DNA from: Clostridiales bacterium
GTDB lineage: Bacteria; Bacillota; Clostridia; Lachnospirales; UBA12420
Assembly: GCA_003452395.1 (NCBI GenBank)
Contig: DMOI01000041.1
Span: 8,362 to 72,361 of the forward strand
DNA: 64,000 bases
Direction: 5' to 3'
Position 1 is the stretch's first letter. Each line of letters begins with the position of its first letter. Shown piece by piece: positions 56,483-63,638 of the stretch. The notes below the pieces were generated by a model that saw only the letters and a program-made list of their open reading frames with translations, made no database searches and was not told where the DNA came from. Made by a program: the position numbers and the translations under genes.

Positions 56483-56604
56483 AAACTACATTTTATCTCG
56501 AAGAATTTTTATTTCCTAAAACTACTCTCTATATTCATTACTTACTACATCGTTCATTGCACTCTTGCTTCAATTCTACCTGTAATTACACTTAATACTA
56601 AATT

Positions 56605-58257
56605 TTACAATATATCTACTTCACCATTCATAGTTTCGCTTATAATTGGGTTTGCATCAAAGTCATATAACTTTGCGTTCTCAATACTAACTCCCGTACT
56701 TCCTTTTTCTACATCTTTTATTTTAAAAGTAATTATAAATAAACTTCCTGCTTTAGTAATCGGTTTTGTACCTGCCCACGTTGCTCTAATTTTATTTACT
56801 GTATATTTTTCATTAGATATTGCTAACATATCTGACATCAGTTCTCCTGAGACTACACTTATAACTTCCAACTTGTTGTTGTCATAAACTAAATTAAAAC
56901 TACCTCCGCAAACCTGTGATTTTTCAGTCAATTGAACATTCACTATTACGTTTGCTTCAGTTTTCCCGCTAACTCTACCCACAGTAATTGTTGGTGCTGA
57001 TAATGTTTCTGGTACTATTGATGTTTCTGGTATAGTTATTGTTATTATGTTACTTGCATCCCTGTTAAAATATAAATTTGAATTAAAATAACTCGTATAT
57101 TTATAGGTCTTACCTGATTCTGCAGTAGTATCTATATAAAAATTCTCATCTTTATCTATCGTTCCAGCTAAGCAAATGCCATCTCTATATATATCTGTTG
57201 TATAATCTTTTTTATCCCATGTTAATTTTACTGTTCCATCATCCAAAAGAATTCCTTTAAAATTCGATGGTGCTTCTAAATGAACAGTTTTATAGTCATT
57301 TGCTGTACTTGTCATTTTAACTACTTTTTCTGGTTCTGTACCCATAGTCCAAAACTTCCATGTCCCATCAGTTTGTTTTCTAATAGTCATATACCTGCTA
57401 TTTATTCCTTTTTCCCATCTCGTGCTTTGTGGATTAATTGCATCTATTTTTACACTATACTCAATTCTATTGTTTTTATCAATCTCATTAACATATACTT
57501 CATATGATTTTAAAACATAATTTTGATCAGCTTCGAAACATTCTTTTAATGCCGCTTCAGCTTTAACTTCATCTTCACTTTTTACTATACCATTATCAAC
57601 CAGATTTGTTGTTTCATCTAAATTAACCGCAACTACTTTTTCACCTTTTGCCTTGTATAGTAGCACACATGCCTCAGCCCTTGTCAAAGTCTTTTGCGCA
57701 TTGAAGTTTGTACCATCGCCTTCCATTATTTTATTTTTCACTGCTATAGCTACATATCCTCTTAAATCCATTGATATATCATTTTTATCTGCAAATTTAT
57801 CTAATAACGTTAGGTCTGGAGTTTCTTTCAACAACCCCTTTGCTCTTACGATTGCTACTGCCATATCTTCCCTTACTGCATTCTCGCTACCCCTAAAAGA
57901 CATTGTGCTTCCAATTTTATACCCCGTAAGGTATTGTTTTGCTGCCTCTACATATGTATATGCCCATTCTGATTTAGTTACATCGCTGAATGTTTGTGTT
58001 GTTTCAGTATCTTTTGGCAAGTTTAATGCCAAAACTAATATTTTTGCAAATTGTTCTCTCGTTACTGGTTCTTCTGGTCTAAACGTACCATCTTCAAATC
58101 CTTTTATTACTCCCTTATTAACCATATCACTTACTGCATTATATGCCCAGTGGCTACTTGGTAAATCCTCAAAACCTACTACTTGTGCATTTGATACTGG
58201 TACTATTTGTACCATCATTGCTAAACACATTATAAAACTGATAATTCTTTTTACCAC
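56605..58257 (-). CDS. cell-surface protein: signal peptide, 3 SLH domains, FN3-like module, C-terminal cohesin-like domain
   Basis: 550 aa. SLH repeats (FEDLPSSHWAYNAVSDMVNKGVIKGFEDGTFRP, FSDVTKSEWAY..., FADKNDIS...). C-terminal GGSFNLVYDNNKLEVISVVSGELM...GSLFIITFKIKD fits the cohesin pattern. Confidence 0.75.
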   Translation of the reverse strand: MVKRIISFIMCLAMMVQIVPVSNAQVVGFEDLPSSHWAYNAVSDMVNKGVIKGFEDGTFRPEEPVTREQFAKILVLALNLPKDTETTQTFSDVTKSEWAYTYVEAAKQYLTGYKIGSTMSFRGSENAVREDMAVAIVRAKGLLKETPDLTLLDKFADKNDISMDLRGYVAIAVKNKIMEGDGTNFNAQKTLTRAEACVLLYKAKGEKVVAVNLDETTNLVDNGIVKSEDEVKAEAALKECFEADQNYVLKSYEVYVNEIDKNNRIEYSVKIDAINPQSTRWEKGINSRYMTIRKQTDGTWKFWTMGTEPEKVVKMTSTANDYKTVHLEAPSNFKGILLDDGTVKLTWDKKDYTTDIYRDGICLAGTIDKDENFYIDTTAESGKTYKYTSYFNSNLYFNRDASNIITITIPETSIVPETLSAPTITVGRVSGKTEANVIVNVQLTEKSQVCGGSFNLVYDNNKLEVISVVSGELMSDMLAISNEKYTVNKIRATWAGTKPITKAGSLFIITFKIKDVEKGSTGVSIENAKLYDFDANPIISETMNGEVDIL

Positions 58258-58514
58258 TAAAATACAACTCCTTTTATTTTTAGATTTAACTTAAGTTTTT
58301 ATAAGTTAATTGTACCTTATTTTCTATATACTGTCAATTGTTTTCCTACAGTTTTTCAGTATAAACACTTAAATTGCAAAACTAAGTTCAACCCTTTTCT
58401 TATTTTATAGTTGACTTTAGTCTTGCAAACTTATGGGTTGATGTTAATCTTGCAAATTTATGTTCCTCATTATAAAATATTATCATGTTATTCTTTGTGG
58501 TGCCTCTACAAAGG

Positions 58515-58657
58515 AACATTCGGGGTCAGGCATGAATTTTAGAGTTTCTTTTATAGGTTTCCACTACTGAAATAGCATATTCTGTTAGGTTGATGTCTCT
58601 ATTTTTAATCTTAGATACCATAGTTGCATCTATGTTTAACTTGTTACTTATACTTAT
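58515..58657. repeat. direct repeat A (fragment copy of the 3' part of the HTH gene at 63.7 kb)
   Basis: 143 nt. Differs from 63656-63797 by two substitutions and one extra T by my alignment. In this copy the indel breaks the HTH reading frame. Confidence 0.9.
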
Positions 58658-58898
58658 GCTGTATACCTTGCATTATTTTAGCTGATTTCGTTTTTACTAC
58701 CTCTATAAGCATATGTGCATGATTATCCATGATGCAGTATGCATAAAATTTAAATTCATACTTTTCTTTATAGTTTGTAATTATATCTAAGTAATGCATT
58801 TTGTCTTGCATATCCTTTAAAATATATTCTCCATTATTACCTCTAACCATTATGTGATACAATGCACCTTCGTAATGTATCCTTTGTTTTCTTGCCAC
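58644..58898 (-). pseudogene. truncated IS200/RAYT-like HUH (Y1) transposase
   Basis: 84 aa from a GTG start. ARKQRIHYEGALYHIMVRGNN...YAYCIMDNHAHMLIE carries the HUH motif (HAH). The C-terminal half with the catalytic Tyr is missing, and the ORF ends where repeat A begins. Confidence 0.7.
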
Positions 58899-59046
58899 TA
58901 TTCCTCACCCCTTGACATTACAATATCATGTGCTTGTGCAATTATCAAGATTGTTCTCTTTAAAATCCTAAAATTCATGCCTTATCCCATTTCTTTTTTC
59001 TTTATCCGCCTAATTTAAAGCCGACTTGTTTGTTTCTATAAATTAC

Positions 59047-59075
59047 TTGACATTTTATATAATACATTGTATAAT
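59047..59075 (+). promoter_or_regulatory. consensus sigma-A promoter for the histidine-phosphatase-fold gene
   Basis: TTGACA (59047-59052), exactly 17 nt, TATAAT (59070-59075). SD GGAGG lies before ATG 59125. Confidence 0.7.
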
Positions 59076-59124
59076 TATGGAAATTGTTATGATATATTCA
59101 CATACTTACTAGTGGAGGTACAAT

Positions 59125-59958
59125 ATGAAGAAAATAATTTTTTTCAGGCATGGTGAGTCTTATAAGAATGCAACTGATATAACTGGCGGAAACGGAGCAC
59201 CATTAACACCTAATGGTAAAAATCAAGTCAATGACATTTCGACTAGGTTAAATACTATACTAGAAGATAGTCAAGAAAAAATAAATATTTATATGTCATG
59301 TAATCGTGTACAAGTACAAGAAACAGCTAACATCATTAAAGAAAACCTAGGAATTACTGATCAAATTAATATGTCATCGGATTATAGACCTTGGAAATTG
59401 GGAGTGTTTGATTCACTAAGTGCAGAACTAAGAAAATCCAGATACCCTGAAGCTTATGAAAAATCAAGATTATGGTTATCTGGGAATTTAGATGTGAAAA
59501 GTGCACGAGCTCCAGGTATGGAAGATATCGTAACATATTATGATATGATTAATGGGTTTATTGAGCAATTACCTGATAATGAGATTTATATTATGGTTGG
59601 AGTTAGGTCAGACTTAGAAGCCTTTATTAATATATTTAATAACGGTTCTCCTCGCGAAGAAATGAAATATAAGCATTACGACACTACATATTGTGAAGAA
59701 ATGGTTTATGATGAGAGAAATGGTAATTATTCTTTAAATTGTGACCAGAGTTCACCAGAAATGATCCTAAAAATTGTACAAGTTACCTCTGACCAAAAAG
59801 TTTCAGAAACTATTGAAAGTATCTCATCTCCTAATCCCGATTTGGATAATAAGAATATTGATGATGATTTTTGTAATCTTCTTGCAGATGGTTGTCTCAA
59901 TGCTTCCGATAATACTTTTGAATTAGTTTCCTCTGAAGAAGACGAGAAGATTTTATAA
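59125..59958 (+). CDS. histidine phosphatase superfamily (PGM-like branch) protein, divergent, with an acidic C-terminal extension
   Basis: 277 aa. IIFFRHGESYKN carries the RHG motif. The region where the second catalytic His (SHG) is expected reads MVGVRSDLEAF. About 80 extra C-terminal residues are D/E/S-rich. Confidence 0.65.
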   Translation: MKKIIFFRHGESYKNATDITGGNGAPLTPNGKNQVNDISTRLNTILEDSQEKINIYMSCNRVQVQETANIIKENLGITDQINMSSDYRPWKLGVFDSLSAELRKSRYPEAYEKSRLWLSGNLDVKSARAPGMEDIVTYYDMINGFIEQLPDNEIYIMVGVRSDLEAFINIFNNGSPREEMKYKHYDTTYCEEMVYDERNGNYSLNCDQSSPEMILKIVQVTSDQKVSETIESISSPNPDLDNKNIDDDFCNLLADGCLNASDNTFELVSSEEDEKIL

Positions 59959-59975
59959 TACCTACGTTTTATAAA

Positions 59976-60021
59976 TTGCAAATAAGAACAGCATTATTAT
60001 ATTTGCTGTTTTTATTTGCAA
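59976..60021. terminator. bidirectional terminator between convergent genes
   Basis: TTGCAAATAAGAACAGCA-loop-TGCTGTTTTTATTTGCAA, an 18-bp stem with one mismatch. Confidence 0.8.
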
Positions 60022-60118
60022 TTTTAAATTAAATCTTCTTGTTTTTCATTATATTCTATCTCTATATTCTTAATCTCTATTTTAAATTTTTTCCATCTTA
60101 TATTTTCCTGTAGATGAA

Positions 60119-60952
60119 TCATTTATACAATAATATTGCCAATAATTGAGTAATGTTTTTCATCTTAGTTCTATTTACTTCTATATAATCTTGATGTTTA
60201 TATACCACTTGACATTCTTCTTTCTTTTCTACAAACAATTCTTCATTAATTATATTACTGCTTAAACATATTCCTTTTTCCCTTACTTTACTAATTAAAT
60301 TACAATCCTCTAAAATGTTATCAACATTACTTTCTATATGTATATTTTTTATTTTATTTAATTGCAACTTATTATAGTAATATTCTGCAACAAAGTCTCT
60401 ATACGGCAAGTCTGCTTTATTCAGCTTTAAACTTTTAAAATTTTTTATAAACTCAGAAAAATACTTTTCTCCTTCTTCACTATCTTCATGTACTATTATC
60501 TCAAATTCTATAAATTCTCCTACGTTTAAAATTGAATCAATAAGAATATTATATGTAATCTCATTTTCTGTTTTGCTATAATAATCCCTTATCTTATCTA
60601 CAACTACATATGAATGATATCCAAAAACTTTAAACAATTCAACTATGTTTTCATATGACTTTACTTCTGATATAATATTAGACTCTTTCTTTGCATAGAA
60701 ACTCGAAAATATCTCTGATTTACCTTTGTACGTTATTTCAAGTTCCTTGTCATCTATTGTCCTAATCCTCAAGCAGGTCCTATTTTTTATAAATTCGCCT
60801 GCTAAATCAGTAAAGTATTCATCCTTTTCGTTTATTCTTTTTATAAACTTAAATCCTTCTTTTTCTATTTTATTTTTTATTATCTCAGTATCACTATCAC
60901 ACAAAAACTTCTCTTCGATTTCTACAACTGTTCTATGGTCAGATTTTTTCAT
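60119..60952 (-). CDS. CYTH-domain protein (class IV adenylyl cyclase / triphosphate tunnel metalloenzyme-like) with a C-terminal extension
   Basis: VEIEEKF (ExExK), CLRIR, TYKGK and NVGEFIEFEI follow the CyaB/CYTH pattern. Start set at ATG 60952 (SD GGAGGA 8 nt upstream, 1 nt after the upstream TGA); the ORF is open to 60994. Confidence 0.75.
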   Translation of the reverse strand: MKKSDHRTVVEIEEKFLCDSDTEIIKNKIEKEGFKFIKRINEKDEYFTDLAGEFIKNRTCLRIRTIDDKELEITYKGKSEIFSSFYAKKESNIISEVKSYENIVELFKVFGYHSYVVVDKIRDYYSKTENEITYNILIDSILNVGEFIEFEIIVHEDSEEGEKYFSEFIKNFKSLKLNKADLPYRDFVAEYYYNKLQLNKIKNIHIESNVDNILEDCNLISKVREKGICLSSNIINEELFVEKKEECQVVYKHQDYIEVNRTKMKNITQLLAILLYK

Positions 60953-60953
60953 A

Positions 60954-63494
60954 TCAGCATTCCTCCAGCTCTTTAATGTTTTTATGTTCATCATAAATTT
61001 TTATGAGAATTTCAGCTAATTCATCAAAAACATCAACTTCAATACCCTCAAAACTATCTTTAGTAGCTAATGTATTTTCTAGGACACATACACATTTTAA
61101 TCCTGCTCTTTTCGCGGCTTCTATACCTCTTTTTGAATCTTCAAAAACTATACATTTTTCTTTAGAAGTTTTCATTTTATTTAAAGCTTTCAAGTAACTT
61201 TCAGCATCCGGTTTATACTTTTCCACATCGTCTCTAGAAATTATTACATCAAATACATCATCTGCATCTAATTTGTTAAGAATATTTTTTACAAACTCTT
61301 TTTTTGAAGATGTTACCAATGCTAACTCCAACCCTTTTTCTTTTAATTTCTTGATAAGCCTGATATTTTTCAAACCTTCCGTCTCGCTGGTTATCACATC
61401 TATTCTGTCTTTATATTCTTCATATACCTTATCCATCATTTCTTTTTTATCAACTTTTTCATCTATCTCTTTTCTTGCTTTTAAGTATACCATTAGTTTT
61501 TCATTGTTCTCTAACTCATATTTTATGTAATCTTCTTTCTCTATTTGAACACTATAATCCCTTCCTAAAATAAATTGCCACGATTCAAAAAATACTTTTT
61601 CTGATGGCACTATAGTCCCATCTAAATCAAATAGTATTCCATTAATATTCTTTAAATCTCCTAACTTCCCTATCTGTTTTCTTGATATAATATCTCTGTA
61701 CGGTTCACATGCAGGTATTAAGTTCAATTCTTTAAATTGAGACATAAATTCATTAAACTTATCTTCTAACTTTTGCTTATCATCAGATATAATCTCAAAT
61801 TCAACAAAACTTCCAATATTCTTTATTTCGTCAAAATAAATATTATACTCATATTCCTTTGTACTTTTAGTATAAATTATCCTTTCTTTGTTTATTTTTA
61901 CATACTTATAAAAATTCAACATTTCAAGTATCTTCTTTGTTTTCTCTAGTCCTTCTTTATTTATTGAAACGTTAAACTCTCTCTTTGAATATTGATTGCT
62001 ATAGTCTTCGGATTCTCCTTTATATGTGAGTATAAAGTCTTTTGATTCATTCTTCCTAATTCGCAAGCATGTTCTATTATCAATAAATTCTCCTTCACTA
62101 TCTGTAAAGTATAAATCCTCTTCTTTTCCCTTTGTTTTATAAATATATCCAATTTTCTTAATATACTGTAATATTTCATCTTTTAGCTTATCGTCAAGTT
62201 CGAACTTTCCTTGTTTAACAAAAACTTTATTTTCATTGTTTTTTATACTTATTTTATGCTTCTTTACGATTTCAGCAATCATATATCTTCCTTGAATATT
62301 TGTAAAATAGTTATAATTTATTTCTGCCTCATTTTCAAATAGATTATTTAATAACTCTTCAAATGCTTCTTTACTTAAATATGCTCCACCAACATCCCCA
62401 AGAAACCCCATATACCAATACTTATTTAAAACATATGGGAAGCCTCCCATAATTTTCGGATCCTCTATTTCAACGATAACTATTTTTTTAGATACTTCAA
62501 ACATTTTCCTTAACATACCTATCAGATGGTCTTTACCAGGCATATGATGAAGCGTATTACTACAATATGAAACATCAAATATGCTCTCTTTAAAAGGAAA
62601 ATAAACTGCATTATGATTTGTAAATAGTACTTTTGGGTTTTTGATTTTACTGCTTAGGATTTCTATTTGACTCCAACTTATATCATTTCCTATCACATAT
62701 TTTGTAAGATTTAAATCTGCCAATTTTGATAAAAAGGAATCTTCCCCGCATGATACATCAACTATTCTCTCAGCAGAACCTATAGCCTTATTTATAATCA
62801 TATTGAATTCATTTTTTCTTTTTCTCTTATCTGTAAGAATATACTTTTTTATTATATTGTTATGCAGCAAATACCTGCTTTTGTAGTTTTCATTAGTTGA
62901 AATTTCATCATCTTGAAAATCTGATTTTTGAGTATTTATAAATTTTTTAAATCTTTTTTCAAAAATTCTAACAACTTCTCTATTTGCAAATCTATTTATA
63001 CTTTCTAATTCTTCTTCAGTAACTTCAACAAAACTACCTGTAAAATTCCTTGTATTGATATCCTCTTTATTTCTAATTCTCGCTATAAACGCAAGCCCAT
63101 TATGTTCATATTCTTGTGAATCATAAGTGAATTTATTTTTTATATATGCAATAGGTTCTACCTCTCCTATTTTTATTTCTTTCGATATCTTCTCTGATGT
63201 TCTTTTAATTGCATTATGAATATTTTCACTCTTATATATACTTCCACCCGGAACAGACCAAAACAACTTATCTTGCATATTCTTTTCCAAATAAACTTTT
63301 CCTTCATTATCATATATAAGAAGAAGTATAAAGTATTTTCTTTGTTTTACATAATCATATAGTCTTTTAGAAACCTCTCCCTTATAAGTAATGTCATTTA
63401 AGTCATATATTTCTCTATAAACTTCAAAAGCAAACCTTGTTTCCCCTACACTTTCTTTAAATATTTTATCACACAAAATATCCACGTTTCCCAT
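60954..63494 (-). CDS. four-domain fusion: Nudix-like / class I SAM methyltransferase / CYTH / HAD-IA hydrolase
   Basis: 846 aa, with four recognisable modules. Residues ~52-178 are a Nudix fold with a degenerate box (GGSIYKSENIHNAIKRTSEKI). Residues ~225-345 are a methyltransferase (IVDVSCGEDS, GNDIS, FDVSYCSNTLHHM). Residues ~423-603 are CYTH (CLRIR, TYKGE, IGSFVEFEI) with ExExK replaced by VKQGK. Residues ~617-815 are HAD (FDLDGT, LVTSS, KPD, FEDSKRG). Confidence 0.75.
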   Translation of the reverse strand: MGNVDILCDKIFKESVGETRFAFEVYREIYDLNDITYKGEVSKRLYDYVKQRKYFILLLIYDNEGKVYLEKNMQDKLFWSVPGGSIYKSENIHNAIKRTSEKISKEIKIGEVEPIAYIKNKFTYDSQEYEHNGLAFIARIRNKEDINTRNFTGSFVEVTEEELESINRFANREVVRIFEKRFKKFINTQKSDFQDDEISTNENYKSRYLLHNNIIKKYILTDKRKRKNEFNMIINKAIGSAERIVDVSCGEDSFLSKLADLNLTKYVIGNDISWSQIEILSSKIKNPKVLFTNHNAVYFPFKESIFDVSYCSNTLHHMPGKDHLIGMLRKMFEVSKKIVIVEIEDPKIMGGFPYVLNKYWYMGFLGDVGGAYLSKEAFEELLNNLFENEAEINYNYFTNIQGRYMIAEIVKKHKISIKNNENKVFVKQGKFELDDKLKDEILQYIKKIGYIYKTKGKEEDLYFTDSEGEFIDNRTCLRIRKNESKDFILTYKGESEDYSNQYSKREFNVSINKEGLEKTKKILEMLNFYKYVKINKERIIYTKSTKEYEYNIYFDEIKNIGSFVEFEIISDDKQKLEDKFNEFMSQFKELNLIPACEPYRDIISRKQIGKLGDLKNINGILFDLDGTIVPSEKVFFESWQFILGRDYSVQIEKEDYIKYELENNEKLMVYLKARKEIDEKVDKKEMMDKVYEEYKDRIDVITSETEGLKNIRLIKKLKEKGLELALVTSSKKEFVKNILNKLDADDVFDVIISRDDVEKYKPDAESYLKALNKMKTSKEKCIVFEDSKRGIEAAKRAGLKCVCVLENTLATKDSFEGIEVDVFDELAEILIKIYDEHKNIKELEEC

Positions 63495-63638
63495 GCTTGC
63501 CTCCCCTAAAATATCACACTTAAATCATGATTAATTGAGTGTTTATTCACTTTTCATATCTTACCATATTATAATTTTTTCTGCAATAAAAAAACATAAA
63601 TTACAAGAGAAACTGAAAATTGCAAATTATATCAAATT

